A stretch of 64,000 nucleotides of DNA from Myxococcales bacterium (GTDB lineage: Bacteria; Myxococcota_A; Polyangia; Polyangiales; Polyangiaceae): positions 128,001 through 192,000 of the forward strand of contig JAYTOU010000060.1 in assembly GCA_043747615.1 (NCBI GenBank), in the 5' to 3' direction. The notes beneath the pieces are model-generated. The model made no database searches and had not been told where the DNA came from. It worked only from the letters and a program-made list of their open reading frames with translations. Of the stretch, positions 1-10,150 are shown piece by piece (positions within the stretch are counted from its first letter, which is position 1; each line of letters starts with the position of its first letter). The translations under genes and the position numbers were made by a program.

Positions 1-858
1 GCGCGCAGCAAGCGCGGCGTTCGCCTCGGTGAGCCGTTGCAAGGCTTGTTCGCGCTCGGAGAGCGTGGCGCGCAAGCTCGCGTCCTTGTCGTAGAGAACG
101 CCGGCCATCGTGGCGAGGCTGCGTCCGACGGACCCGAGCTCGTCTTTCCGATCCGGAAGCGGCGGCAGGGCCTGGAGCTTTCCGGTGGCAGCGAGCGCGG
201 CCTCGAGCTGGGCGGCGGCACCGGCGAGATCGCGGGCGATCCAGATCCCGCTGCCGAGGGCGATGAAGATCGACGCGAGGAGAATGGCGGTGGTCTCGCT
301 CCGCGAGCGGACGGCGGAGCGAAATGCGGCCTGGTTGCGCGCTTCAGCGGCGTGCAGAGCCTCTGAGCGTAATTCAGTGCATATTACACGCATCGCGTCG
401 GTCTCTGATTTTCCTCGCCCGGCGAGCTCGGCGTCGATCGCGCCTTTTTCGCGGGCGCGAATCTGCGGCTCGACGACGTTGCTCAGCCAGTCGCGCACCA
501 GGCGACTGAAGGACGAGACGCGCTCGTCCTCCATTCCGTTCTCTGCGGTGGTTTGGGCCTCGAGGAGCACGCCTTCGAGATCGCGACGGGCCTGTTCGTA
601 GGGCGTGAGGAAGGAACGGTCTCCCGTGAGAAGATAGCCACGCTTGCCGGTCTCGAGGTCGGCCATCAAACGAAGGAGCACCTCGGCATCGTCGGCGAGC
701 TTCAAATCATGGCGCACCAAGCGCTCGAACTGATTCTCCAGCTCTTCGTGAGCGACCGTCGCGCGGTAGAGACCCCACCCGAGGACGCCCACCACGACGA
801 GGGAGCTCAGAAGGATTCGCCAGAAAAGTGCGCTCGCCAGCAGTCGCAAGACATTCAC
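1..858 (-). CDS. CHASE3-HAMP membrane sensor, probably a histidine kinase (5' part; runs off the window)
   Basis: Manual translation from GTG 858: MNVLRLLASALFWRILLSS (TM)...DLETGKRGYLLTGDRSFLTPY (CHASE3 motif)...TM...PDRKDELGSVGRSLATMA (HAMP). Not in the ORF track because it is open at the edge. Confidence 0.85.
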   Translation of the reverse strand, partial: MNVLRLLASALFWRILLSSLVVVGVLGWGLYRATVAHEELENQFERLVRHDLKLADDAEVLLRLMADLETGKRGYLLTGDRSFLTPYEQARRDLEGVLLEAQTTAENGMEDERVSSFSRLVRDWLSNVVEPQIRAREKGAIDAELAGRGKSETDAMRVICTELRSEALHAAEARNQAAFRSAVRSRSETTAILLASIFIALGSGIWIARDLAGAAAQLEAALAATGKLQALPPLPDRKDELGSVGRSLATMAGVLYDKDASLRATLSEREQALQRLTEANAALAAR

Positions 859-859
859 C

Positions 860-2029
860 TTAGCGCAAAGGGCGCCCGACCCATGCCCCCGCGCAGGCCA
901 GGGCCCACGCGATCGGTGAAAAGGCGAGTGCGAACACCAAAGCCACCGGTGCGGTGAAGCCTAAAAGAACGAGGACAGCGACGATGGCGACGCCGCTCGC
1001 CGCCGCTGGCTCGAGGAGACTCGGGAGGTTCGAAGCGCGCGCCACGAGAAAACCGCTCACCGGAAATGCGGCGAGGAGGCCGGCGCCGAGGATGGTGAGA
1101 GGAGCAATCGTGGAGACGTCGTGCTCGTCGACCGTAGAGAAATCGACGTGAGCCCAGGCGCCGAAGGCGATGGACCCGCCGAGGCCGAGCACCATGGATC
1201 CCAGGGTGATGAGCGCGCCGAAGGCGATCCAGCGGAGCATGATGGGCTGATCCGCTTTTCGGAGAGCATTGCGCACCGTACGCAGGCTGGGCGGATGCGA
1301 CAGCTGATCGAACGACATCCGGGAGAGGCGGTTGTCGGGCTCACGCGACGTGCGCTCCCCCCGGAGCCGGAGATCGCGCGCCGCGAACAGGATCACCACG
1401 CCCATAGCGAAGAGGAGCGGCAGGACGGCGAGAAGCGCTCCCGCGCCACGGCCATACACGAAATGCGTGTAGAGTGCATGGGCTAGCGTCGCCGCGAGCC
1501 AGGTCAGCGGAAAGATCGGGCCGGGGGTCTTTTTCTGCTTCGCGCGTCCGAGGGCGTATCCCCACGCGCAAGCAAAGAAGAGGTGCGCCGGAAAGGCAAT
1601 GGCGGCTCGGGCCAACCAGATGAGGCCGGCGGGGTGCGCGCGGAGCATCACAGCGTTCTCGAGAGCCGCAAATCCGAGCGCCGCTGCACCCGCGTACACG
1701 ATGCCGTCGTAGGGTTCGTCGAAGTGACGTGAGCGAAACGCCGTCCAGCACGCGGCCACCTTCGCCGCCTCGCGCATCGGCGCGATGAGAGCAAAGAGGA
1801 AGAGGAGCGATCCCGCCTGGCCGGAAACGGACGCGCGCATGTCCAGGCCCGTCCATTGCGCGGCGAGACTTTCGACGTAGAACGCAAACCCGCCGAAGAG
1901 CGCGCCCAGCGCGAAGGTCAGCGAGACGAGCCAGATCGGCTCACGTCGGTGGTCGCTCCGGTAGACGCCGACCGCGAGCAGGATCGCGGGGATGATGGCC
2001 GGGACGAACCAGTGCAGAAAACCGAACAT
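860..2029 (-). CDS. PrsW-family intramembrane metalloprotease with an extra C-terminal 4-TM domain
   Basis: REP near the N-terminus, APMREAAK, FDEPYDGIVYAGAAALGFAALEN, PAH and HALY motifs. Confidence 0.85.
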   Translation of the reverse strand: MFGFLHWFVPAIIPAILLAVGVYRSDHRREPIWLVSLTFALGALFGGFAFYVESLAAQWTGLDMRASVSGQAGSLLFLFALIAPMREAAKVAACWTAFRSRHFDEPYDGIVYAGAAALGFAALENAVMLRAHPAGLIWLARAAIAFPAHLFFACAWGYALGRAKQKKTPGPIFPLTWLAATLAHALYTHFVYGRGAGALLAVLPLLFAMGVVILFAARDLRLRGERTSREPDNRLSRMSFDQLSHPPSLRTVRNALRKADQPIMLRWIAFGALITLGSMVLGLGGSIAFGAWAHVDFSTVDEHDVSTIAPLTILGAGLLAAFPVSGFLVARASNLPSLLEPAAASGVAIVAVLVLLGFTAPVALVFALAFSPIAWALACAGAWVGRPLR

Positions 2030-2778
2030 CAGAAGTGGAGTCCGGCGTGGACTCCGAGCTGCGCGCCGAGCCCGACGCTGCTCGCGCTCGAACCGTACAA
2101 TTCTCCCGGCGCTCGCGACGAGATGGCAGGGCGCGACAGGAAATAAACCGAACCGCCGAAATCGAAGCCGAGAGAGAAATTCGACGTCCAGTAGTAATCA
2201 GCGCCCGCTTGAAGGCCGAGGTCGAGGCCGTGCACGCTCAGGTCGGTCGCGGAAACGGCGGACGTCGCGGCGCTCATGATCACCGAATCACCGCTGATTT
2301 TACCGGAAAAAGCGTACCCACCGTGGAGCCCGAAGTAGCCGTCGAGTTTTCCGTAAGGAATGTGGGACGCCGCTTCGAGATCGACTTGCCACAGCGTGAG
2401 ACCGGGTAGCGTGGTCATTCGCGCGCGAGGTCCGACGGTGATCGTGACGAAGCGCACGCCGAGCCCGACGTCTGCCGTGACTCCCGCGCCGCTAACCTTC
2501 TCGAGCCCGAGCGCGGTGCTGCGAGGAGATGCACTCAGGCCGAGGTAGCTCCCGCCAATGCCCGCGCTCGCGTAGAAAAATTCGAGACCGCGTCCGCTGT
2601 CTTCACGCTCCGCTGCATTTAGTTGCTCCGTGGTGGCGCTCCCGTTCGCCTGCGGCATCTGCTGCTGCGGGTACTGGGACTGCTGGGGGGGCGCCATCGG
2701 CGGCGGAGCCTGCAAATCCTGGGCAATCGCGCCACGCGTGAGCAGGAGAACGACGAGCATCGGAGCTATCTTGCGCAC
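2029..2778 (-). CDS. Secreted outer-membrane beta-barrel-like protein
   Basis: Signal peptide, Q/P-rich linker, amphipathic strands, C-terminal ...HAGLHF. Confidence 0.65.
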   Translation of the reverse strand: MRKIAPMLVVLLLTRGAIAQDLQAPPPMAPPQQSQYPQQQMPQANGSATTEQLNAAEREDSGRGLEFFYASAGIGGSYLGLSASPRSTALGLEKVSGAGVTADVGLGVRFVTITVGPRARMTTLPGLTLWQVDLEAASHIPYGKLDGYFGLHGGYAFSGKISGDSVIMSAATSAVSATDLSVHGLDLGLQAGADYYWTSNFSLGFDFGGSVYFLSRPAISSRAPGELYGSSASSVGLGAQLGVHAGLHF

Positions 2779-2961
2779 TCACTTCTCCTCATCGGACGGC
2801 GGGTCGGGATGCGACTCGTCGAGCCCGGACTGGTCTTCCGATGGAACACGATAATCCTCGTTCAACCATTTTCCGAGATCGACCAGCCTGCACCGCTCGG
2901 AGCAGAATGGCTTCGACTCTGCCCCTGCCGGCAATTTTTTTTTGCAGATGGGGCAGAGCAC
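2779..2961 (-). CDS. yacG: DNA gyrase inhibitor YacG
   Basis: CPIC...[23 protein letters not shown] signature. Confidence 0.92.
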   Translation of the reverse strand: MLCPICKKKLPAGAESKPFCSERCRLVDLGKWLNEDYRVPSEDQSGLDESHPDPPSDEEK

Positions 2962-2962
2962 G

Positions 2963-5257
2963 TCACACCGCCGCGGGTTGCTCCGCCGGGGGTTCGAGAG
3001 GCAGCGGCTCCGGTTGGACTTCGGGCGCCACGCTCTCGTCGACCGCGCAGCTCTTCTCGAGGAGCTCGGCGACGTCCATCTGCGCGATCTTGTCCTCGAC
3101 GTTCTGGCTCTTCAGTCCGTCGCTGAGCATCGTCATGCAGAAGGGACACGCGCTTGCGATCGTCGATGCTTGGGTGTCGATGAGCTGGAGGGTGCGCTTC
3201 ACGTTCACGCGGTTGGTGTTCTGCTCCTCCATGAACATCTGCGCGCCGCCGGCACCGCAGCACAGACCACGCTGCTTGCTCCAGTACTCCGGCTCCACCA
3301 GCTCGACGCCGGGGATTTGCCGTAAAATCTCGCGCGGAGACTCGTAGATCCCGTTGTAGCGACCGAGGTAACAACTGTCGTGGTAGACGACTTTTCCTTC
3401 GACCGGCTTCTTCGGCTCGAGCTTCTTTTCCGCGAGAAGCCCGAGCAAGAAATCCGTGTGGTGGATGACTTCGAGCTTCGCGCCGACGTCGGGGTACTCG
3501 TTCTTCAACGTGTTGAAGCAGTGCGGGCAGGTGGTGACCACCTGACGAATGCCGCCCTGATCTTTGTAACCGTTGAGGGTCGCCGCGTTTCCCTCGGCGA
3601 GTTGCATGAAGAGAAGCTCGTTGCCTGCTCTGCGCGCGGGATCCCCCGTGCAGTTCTCTTCTTGGGCCAGGATCGCAAAATCAACTCCCGCTGCCTTCAG
3701 GAGCTTTGCCGTTGCCCGCGCGATCTTCTTCGCCCGCGGATCGTAGCTTGCGGAGCAACCTACCCAGAACAGAACGGGGGTGGTCGGCTTCTCTGCCATC
3801 GTGGGAATGCCGAGGCCGTCGGCCCACTCCGCGCGATCGAGGCGCGAGAGGTTCCACGGATTGCCGTTCGTCTCCATTCCCTGAAAAGGTTTGTTGAGCT
3901 GGGCCGGAAACTCGCCCTTCACGAGGACCAGGTTGCGCCGCATGTCGACGATCTTGTCGACGTAGGAAATCATCACCGGGCACTGCTCTTCGCAGGCGCG
4001 GCAGGTGGTGCAAGCCCAGAGAACGTCGGGATGAATGACGTTGGCGACGATGTCGATCGGCTTGTAAACAGGCCCTGCCGGAGCCTTGGGCGCTGCGGCC
4101 TCGGGCGTGCCCTCGACCGACTTTTCCGGAGCAGCTTGTGCTTTGCCGTGATCGATTTTGACGAACTCTTCTTCACGCGCATAGAGGTGATTGCGAAGGT
4201 CGAGGAGCAGGTGCTTGGGAGAAAGAATCTTCCCCGTGCGGTGCGCCGGGCAGTTGTCCGAGCAGCGCCCGCACTCCGTGCAGGTGTAGAAATCGAGAAT
4301 CGCTTTCCAAGAGAAGTGCTCGATGCGACCGACGCCGATCGGGTAGGCCACGGGATCTGCCGACTCGGCCGCGGGCGTGAACACTTCTTCGATGAACTTC
4401 TCTGCGCTCGGCGCCATCGGCTTGAGGCGGCCCGCCGGAGTGAGGTCGCGCAAAAAGACGTTGGGGATGGCGGTGATGATGTGGAAGTGCTTCGAGTGCG
4501 GAAGCAGATTCAAAAAGAGAAGGACGAGCGACACATGCGTCCAGAAGCCCGCGTGGGCCAGGAAAATAAGGCCTCCGGGGTTGAGGTTGCGGATCATCGA
4601 GGCCCACAGCGAGCCTGCCGGCGCCGGAAAAAAAGACCACTGCGACGAGTGGGCGACGGCTCCGAGCGGCGCAATGATGTTGTCGATCGACGCGCACTGC
4701 GCTCCCGTTGCCAATGGATCGAGCGCCCCGCAGAACTCGCTGTGGCGAGCCGCGAGCGCGAGGGATGCGCCGTCGTAGATCATGTCGGCGATCATCATGG
4801 TGCCGATGATCCCGAGGATGAGGAGCCCTTCCCAGTGAAGCGTCATCCGCTTCTGCGGCTTGATGACCCGGAAGTAGACGAAGACGCTCACGCCCACGAT
4901 GGCCAGCGTGGCCACGATGTCTTTCGCAAACTCGTAGAGCTTGCCCGCGATCGTCGTCGGGCCGAGGATCCACAGGTTGAACGACGAATCGAAGCCGCGG
5001 CCCACGAGCACGATCGTCCGTAAAAGAAGGACGGCGAAGGCGATGAAGATCAGCTTATGGGCGATGCCCGCCGGCTGGTAGTAGTCCATCTTCTGCTGGA
5101 CGAACGCGTAGCGCCACACGGCGGCGACGCGATCATTGATGCGGTCCAGGCGGTTCTCGGGGCGCCCTACTTTGAGCAGCTGCCAGCGCCGGCTCGCCGA
5201 CCAGGCAAAGGCCGACAGTGCGGCAACGAGGATGGAGAGCATGGCCGTCGGACTCAT
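2963..5257 (-). CDS. Membrane Fe-S oxidoreductase, FadF/HdrD-like
   Basis: TM N-terminus with [17 protein letters not shown] and [12 protein letters not shown] 4Fe-4S motifs; CCG domains ([34 protein letters not shown]). Start set at ATG 5257. Confidence 0.9.
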   Translation of the reverse strand: MSPTAMLSILVAALSAFAWSASRRWQLLKVGRPENRLDRINDRVAAVWRYAFVQQKMDYYQPAGIAHKLIFIAFAVLLLRTIVLVGRGFDSSFNLWILGPTTIAGKLYEFAKDIVATLAIVGVSVFVYFRVIKPQKRMTLHWEGLLILGIIGTMMIADMIYDGASLALAARHSEFCGALDPLATGAQCASIDNIIAPLGAVAHSSQWSFFPAPAGSLWASMIRNLNPGGLIFLAHAGFWTHVSLVLLFLNLLPHSKHFHIITAIPNVFLRDLTPAGRLKPMAPSAEKFIEEVFTPAAESADPVAYPIGVGRIEHFSWKAILDFYTCTECGRCSDNCPAHRTGKILSPKHLLLDLRNHLYAREEEFVKIDHGKAQAAPEKSVEGTPEAAAPKAPAGPVYKPIDIVANVIHPDVLWACTTCRACEEQCPVMISYVDKIVDMRRNLVLVKGEFPAQLNKPFQGMETNGNPWNLSRLDRAEWADGLGIPTMAEKPTTPVLFWVGCSASYDPRAKKIARATAKLLKAAGVDFAILAQEENCTGDPARRAGNELLFMQLAEGNAATLNGYKDQGGIRQVVTTCPHCFNTLKNEYPDVGAKLEVIHHTDFLLGLLAEKKLEPKKPVEGKVVYHDSCYLGRYNGIYESPREILRQIPGVELVEPEYWSKQRGLCCGAGGAQMFMEEQNTNRVNVKRTLQLIDTQASTIASACPFCMTMLSDGLKSQNVEDKIAQMDVAELLEKSCAVDESVAPEVQPEPLPLEPPAEQPAAV

Positions 5258-5282
5258 GGGCACGTGTATAGGGTTCGGGTAG

Positions 5283-5867
5283 CTAAAGGTCGAAGGTAAA
5301 TGCCTTCTTGTCGTCGGCTGAGGTGAGCGGCACGTCGGCTCCGAACGAGCGGTTGCCGACCCGCGCACCGAGACGGACCTTCACCGGGCTCGGTGCCGCG
5401 TGCAGATCGGCGAGTTTCACCTCGACCAGGTAACGCCCGCGGGGCGGATCAGTGCCCTCGAAGAAAACGTTCTCGATGTTTTGTCCGTTGCAGCCCTCTG
5501 TCGGGCAGTCGTGATCGAGACGTAGTCCGGAGGCGGTCGAGCGATTGGCCTCGAAGCACCGGGCACCGCTGGGATCGGTAACGATGAGATCGATGTCGGC
5601 CGGGCTGTCGCCCCAGGCGATGGTGAACTGAAGAACGCCGGTTCCGACGCCGCAGCCTTCGTCGATGACGCCGTTGCAGTTGTCGTCGACTGCGTTGAAG
5701 CAGAGCTCTGGGCCCGTGGGCGTGCAGGCCATGACCAGCGCCACGCCCGGCGAAGCCGTGATGTGGGTCGGCGTCAGGTTGGACCCGGGCGCTTTCGCCG
5801 CCTCCGCGCTCGGCCCGCACGCAGCAGCGAGACCGAGCAGCGGCAGGAGAACCTCAGTGAGGCGCAA
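5283..5867 (-). CDS. Lipoprotein with MopE-like Cys repeat and YfaP/DUF2135-like domain
   Basis: Lipobox LAAAC; CFNAVDDNCNGVIDEGC; FTIAWGDSPADIDLIVTDPSG. Confidence 0.7.
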   Translation of the reverse strand: MRLTEVLLPLLGLAAACGPSAEAAKAPGSNLTPTHITASPGVALVMACTPTGPELCFNAVDDNCNGVIDEGCGVGTGVLQFTIAWGDSPADIDLIVTDPSGARCFEANRSTASGLRLDHDCPTEGCNGQNIENVFFEGTDPPRGRYLVEVKLADLHAAPSPVKVRLGARVGNRSFGADVPLTSADDKKAFTFDL

Positions 5868-8562
5868 CGACGTTGCCGCCGGACTTGTCGTTCGCTGCCT
5901 TCGGGGCGTCGGGGAGCTTCTCCTCGGAGAGCTTGGGGTTCATGACCTCGAAGAACGCTTTGCGCGCGATTTCTCCGAGCGGAGCGGGCTCGTTGCGGAG
6001 CGCCATGAGAACGCCCTTCTCCTTCATGAACTTGAGAATGCTGACGGCGTTGTCGCGCTTCGCAGCGTCCGCCCCCTTCGCGTCGGCGAGGAGACGCATC
6101 CGGAACTGCACGCGGGTGAGCGAGTGCGGGCCGTTGTCAGGCTCGATTCCCTGAATGGCTCGTCCGAGAATGAGCCGCGGCCAGTCCTGAAGAGCGTCGC
6201 GCACTTTCACGTGGGCACACGCTTCGGCGTTTCGAATCCAGCGCGCGACGTCGCCGGTCTCGTAGTTCCTGTCGCTCCAGTAACCGAAGGAGGCGGTGTA
6301 GATCGTCTTCAGCTCCTCGACGGCCTCCGGTGAGGCGTCGTTGTACGAGCCTATGGCGTTCATCGCGACGTCTGCATCGGCGCCGATGAGGAGGGCGAGC
6401 GCGGCATCGCTCCGCAGATTCGGGTCCTTCAGCTTCTCGAAGAGCTGCGCGGCGAGTGCTTTGGACACTCCGCCAAAGCCGATCGCACGTGCTGCCTGAT
6501 GACGCACTTCGATCGCTACGTCCGGCGTGAGGACGTCGAGGAGGCCGGCCGTCGCTGTCGGTACTGGGCGATGCACGAGCGTCTCGAGATAGCACGCGCG
6601 CACGAGCGCACTCTTCGGATCGGGCTTGTTGAAGTCGTGGACTTTCTTCACGACCTCGAGCATCTGATCGTCGGTGGCCACCCAGGACAGCGCAAAACAA
6701 GCCTCGACGCGTGACTGCTCGTTGTTGTTACCGTCCTCGATGTACTTGACGAAAATGGGATAGGCGCGCGGATCACCCCACTGCGCGAAGCCGTCCGCTG
6801 CACCGACGCCGAGCGAGCGGAGCGTCATGCCGAGTACCGCGAGGCCGCCTTGCATCAGCGAGTCCATCGTCGCGTCGACCTTCGGCGGACGGCGATTGAG
6901 CTGACGCTCGAGAAGCGACCAGCTCGCATCGTCTTTCATCCAGCCGATGTAGCGAAGCGCGCTCTGGGCCGTGCCCCACGACTGCGGAAATTCCTGCTGT
7001 CCGTCCTTGGGGAGCGGCTCGGACGGGTTCGCCCATTTGCGCATCTTCGGGAGGATCGCGTGCGAGCCGGCGGCCGCGAGAAACCGGAGCCCGTTGGCGT
7101 GCGGCTGCGGGTAGTCGGTCACCCAGAAGATCGCACCGTCTTCTGCATCCTTCTTCAGCTGGACCAGCTTGTCGGGATAGATCACCGCGAGGTCGGCCAG
7201 CATGCGCGCCGACACCACGCGCTCGTTGTCGTCCCTCATCAGCTCGGCATCGTCGACCTTGTTGTAGAGCTTCAGCGGATCTTGTTTCAGCCGCCAGCCG
7301 AGCGTCGCGGCGGCGCGTATGTCCCCGATCTCGGCGAGGCGAAGCGCGGCTTCCGTCTTCCAGTGGGGCTTCGGATTGGTCGCGATGTAGGCCGCGAGCA
7401 TGTCTCCACCGCGCGGGTCTTCGAGGTCGTGGATCATGTCGAAGAGCTGTTTGGTCTGGAATTTCTCGCGATCGGGCGTGGCGTGAGAGACGCTGCGCAG
7501 AGCGAGAATCAGCCCGCGCGAGCCGACGCCGTCGCGGAGGGCTTCGAGAAATTTCTGGCGGGAGTCTTTGTCGGCCTTGTCGAGCGCCGCGAGGAGCGGG
7601 CCGATGGACGCTTCGTTGGCGATCTTTCCGAGACCCACGGCTGCTTCGCGCGCCACGTCGACCGACTTGTCCTGCACGAGCTTCGTGAGGACGTCCGTCC
7701 ACTTTGCGTCTCCGGTGCGCGAGAGGATCGTAGCCACGAGCTGACGCACGCTTTCGCTCTCGTCACCTGCGTAACCAGCGAGCTTGTCGATCGAGACGAC
7801 GCCCGCCATCACGTCCGGATCGAACGCCGGATTTCCGTCGAGGCGCTGGACCTTCGAGAGGTGGCCCACGCGGTACTCGGCGAGCACGAGATCGAATGAC
7901 GTCGGCTCGTGGAGCGTCGCGAGCGCCCAGGCAATCTGCGGCTTGTCGCTGTTGTCGGCCTCTGCGAGCGCCTTTAGAAGCGCTGGCTTCGCGCTGTCCG
8001 CCGGGCCAGGGGCGCCCGCCTGCGGGGACGTTCCTGCGTATTCGAGCAGAGCCTGCGCCGCGGTGCCTCGAACGCGGTGATCGTCGGAGGAGAGGCCCTT
8101 GGTGATGAGCTCCAGCCCTTGGGGATCCTTCGCCCAGGCAAGCTCGCCGAACGCTTCTTCTTGAAGCGACGTCACGTCGCCGCGCGCGCCCCAGGCCCGC
8201 CACTTCGGCAGCTGATCGGCCTTCGGCATCAGGTAGATCGACTTTCGCTCCCGCGCGATTTGGTCGATCGTCATCTTTTCGGAGTCGCCCTTGGCTGCGA
8301 AAACGGCGAAGATCACACCGCCAACGACCAGGAGGATCCCGATCAAAAACACGATCGGTTTCGTCGCCCCCTTTTTGAAATTCCCGTCGTCTCCATCGCC
8401 GCCATACGGTCCGCCGCCGCCATAGCCGCCGCCTTGAGGAACGCTCGGTCCGGTGGGTGCACCCGGCAAATCGGCATCGTCCGGCGGCCACTTCGCGAGC
8501 CTGTTCAGAGGAAGCTTCGATTTGGTCGACGCGCGTGAAGACGGGGGAAGACTGGGTTGCAT
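5854..8562 (-). CDS. Membrane-anchored HEAT-repeat protein (~900 aa)
   Basis: Pro/Gly-rich N-terminus, one TM, repeated units such as DHRVRGTAAQAL, SVDVAREAAVGLG, IEVRHQAARAIG. Start set at ATG 8562 to avoid overlap with the NUDIX gene. Confidence 0.8.
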   Translation of the reverse strand: MQPSLPPSSRASTKSKLPLNRLAKWPPDDADLPGAPTGPSVPQGGGYGGGGPYGGDGDDGNFKKGATKPIVFLIGILLVVGGVIFAVFAAKGDSEKMTIDQIARERKSIYLMPKADQLPKWRAWGARGDVTSLQEEAFGELAWAKDPQGLELITKGLSSDDHRVRGTAAQALLEYAGTSPQAGAPGPADSAKPALLKALAEADNSDKPQIAWALATLHEPTSFDLVLAEYRVGHLSKVQRLDGNPAFDPDVMAGVVSIDKLAGYAGDESESVRQLVATILSRTGDAKWTDVLTKLVQDKSVDVAREAAVGLGKIANEASIGPLLAALDKADKDSRQKFLEALRDGVGSRGLILALRSVSHATPDREKFQTKQLFDMIHDLEDPRGGDMLAAYIATNPKPHWKTEAALRLAEIGDIRAAATLGWRLKQDPLKLYNKVDDAELMRDDNERVVSARMLADLAVIYPDKLVQLKKDAEDGAIFWVTDYPQPHANGLRFLAAAGSHAILPKMRKWANPSEPLPKDGQQEFPQSWGTAQSALRYIGWMKDDASWSLLERQLNRRPPKVDATMDSLMQGGLAVLGMTLRSLGVGAADGFAQWGDPRAYPIFVKYIEDGNNNEQSRVEACFALSWVATDDQMLEVVKKVHDFNKPDPKSALVRACYLETLVHRPVPTATAGLLDVLTPDVAIEVRHQAARAIGFGGVSKALAAQLFEKLKDPNLRSDAALALLIGADADVAMNAIGSYNDASPEAVEELKTIYTASFGYWSDRNYETGDVARWIRNAEACAHVKVRDALQDWPRLILGRAIQGIEPDNGPHSLTRVQFRMRLLADAKGADAAKRDNAVSILKFMKEKGVLMALRNEPAPLGEIARKAFFEVMNPKLSEEKLPDAPKAANDKSGGNVVAPH

Positions 8563-8625
8563 GGGGCGCGAACGATACCCGATCCGAGCCCGGAAAAAAG
8601 CCCTGCGGTGAGCGTAGGATGATGC

Positions 8626-9030
8626 ATGCGAACCGTACTCGTCGCGGCCGGGGTGATCATCGAGGGAGGCCGGGTGCTCCTCAGCCAGCGCAAGGCCGGC
8701 GCGCACCTCGCTGGGATGTGGGAATTTCCGGGCGGAAAGGTCGATGAGGGGGAAGACCCTCGCGCTGCGCTCTGCAGGGAGCTGACCGAGGAGCTGGGGA
8801 TCGACGCTGTCGTCGGCGAGGTGATCGAGGTCACCTTTCATCACTACGCAGACGCCGACAAGGCGGTCCTCCTCCTCTTCTTCGAAGCCGCGCGCAGAGC
8901 AGCGTCGCCTGATCCCAAAGCACTCGACGTCGCTGACTTCATGTGGGCCGCCGCCGCTGATCTCGAGCCCACGCGGTTCCCACCAGCGGACGTCACCATC
9001 CTGAAAAAAATTATCTCACGCCTGTCATGA
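8626..9030 (+). CDS. NUDIX hydrolase, MutT/NudG-like
   Basis: WEFPGGKVDEGEDPRAALCRELTEELG Nudix box; FPPAD. Confidence 0.9.
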   Translation: MRTVLVAAGVIIEGGRVLLSQRKAGAHLAGMWEFPGGKVDEGEDPRAALCRELTEELGIDAVVGEVIEVTFHHYADADKAVLLLFFEAARRAASPDPKALDVADFMWAAAADLEPTRFPPADVTILKKIISRLS

Positions 9031-10077
9031 CAGAACGGCGTCGGTGACTTTGTCTGCCGTGACCTTCGCGAGGAGGATCCCGTTGCGATGGTGTCCGGTG
9101 GCGAGGAAGAGTCCGGGCATGCTGCTCGGACCGATGAGAGGCTCGGAGCTCGCGGCGTGCGGACGGAAGCTCGACCACGTTCGCACGAGCTGAGCATCGG
9201 CGAGAGACGGTACGCTCGCGAGGGCGGAGCCGAGGATCGCGTGGATTCCAGCGGCGGTCACCTCTCGACGAAAGCCTACGAATTCCACGGTGGAACCGCA
9301 GAGAACGCGGCCGTCACCGCGTGGCACCACGTAGCCGCGCTGACCGAAGACGATCGTCCGCACGCGGGGTGGGCGCTCGTCGAGCTCGATCATCTGACCG
9401 CGGGCCGGACGCACCGCCGGAAAAATTCCAGCGGTCCCAGGGATGAGCGACGACCAGCTCCCCGCCGCGAGCACCGTCGCGTCCGCGTGCACTTCGGTGC
9501 CGTCATCGAGGGCGACGCCCACGCATCTTTCGCGCTCGACGAGGAGGCGCGCCACCGTCGCCCCCGATTGCACGCTTACGTCGGCACGGACGAGCGACGC
9601 GGCGAGAGCGCGGAGGAGCATCGGCGGATCGACCTGCGCGTCGTCTGGGAAATACGCGGCCGATTGCACATCGGGCGAAAGCTCGGGCTCGATGCGACAA
9701 GCGTTCGGGCCGTCCACCAGCTCGGCCCGGAGCCCTGCGTTCGTCTGCCACTCGACATCGCGAGCGAGGCGCGCGTGCCCCTCGCTGTCGGAGGCGATGC
9801 TGAGAACACCCGAAGCGCGATACCCGATGTCGATCCCCGTCTCGGCGCGAAGCTCGACGGCCCATGCGTGGTAGCCGCTGCGCGCGCGGACGAGGAGATC
9901 GTGGAGAGGCCCCGGCGCGTGACTCTCTGCCTGGGCACCTAGAATTCCTGCGGCCGCGCTCGACGCTTCGGCTCCGGGGACCGCGCGTTCGAGGAGCGTC
10001 ACCTTCGCTCCACGCTGGGCGAGCGCACGGGCCGTCGCGCACCCCATCACGCCGCCACCGATGATCACGATCCGCAT
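9025..10077 (-). CDS. thiO: Glycine oxidase ThiO-like FAD oxidoreductase
   Basis: MRIVIIGGGVMG; EASSAAAGILGAQAE; VRPARGQM; ATGHHRNGILLA. Confidence 0.85.
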   Translation of the reverse strand: MRIVIIGGGVMGCATARALAQRGAKVTLLERAVPGAEASSAAAGILGAQAESHAPGPLHDLLVRARSGYHAWAVELRAETGIDIGYRASGVLSIASDSEGHARLARDVEWQTNAGLRAELVDGPNACRIEPELSPDVQSAAYFPDDAQVDPPMLLRALAASLVRADVSVQSGATVARLLVERERCVGVALDDGTEVHADATVLAAGSWSSLIPGTAGIFPAVRPARGQMIELDERPPRVRTIVFGQRGYVVPRGDGRVLCGSTVEFVGFRREVTAAGIHAILGSALASVPSLADAQLVRTWSSFRPHAASSEPLIGPSSMPGLFLATGHHRNGILLAKVTADKVTDAVLS

Positions 10078-10150
10078 CTGCGTCGCTCTAGCACTGGAGG
10101 ATGGAACCGTGCTGGACAACACGAGGCAACTTGCGCTTTCCTCCTCGGCT

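Noticed and set aside
5258..5368. Long N-terminal extensions in the ORF track (also 8563-8844, 34973-35263, 41071-41394, 46822-47070 and 47928-48221)
   Set aside because: They overlap neighbouring genes; downstream starts fit the family N-termini better
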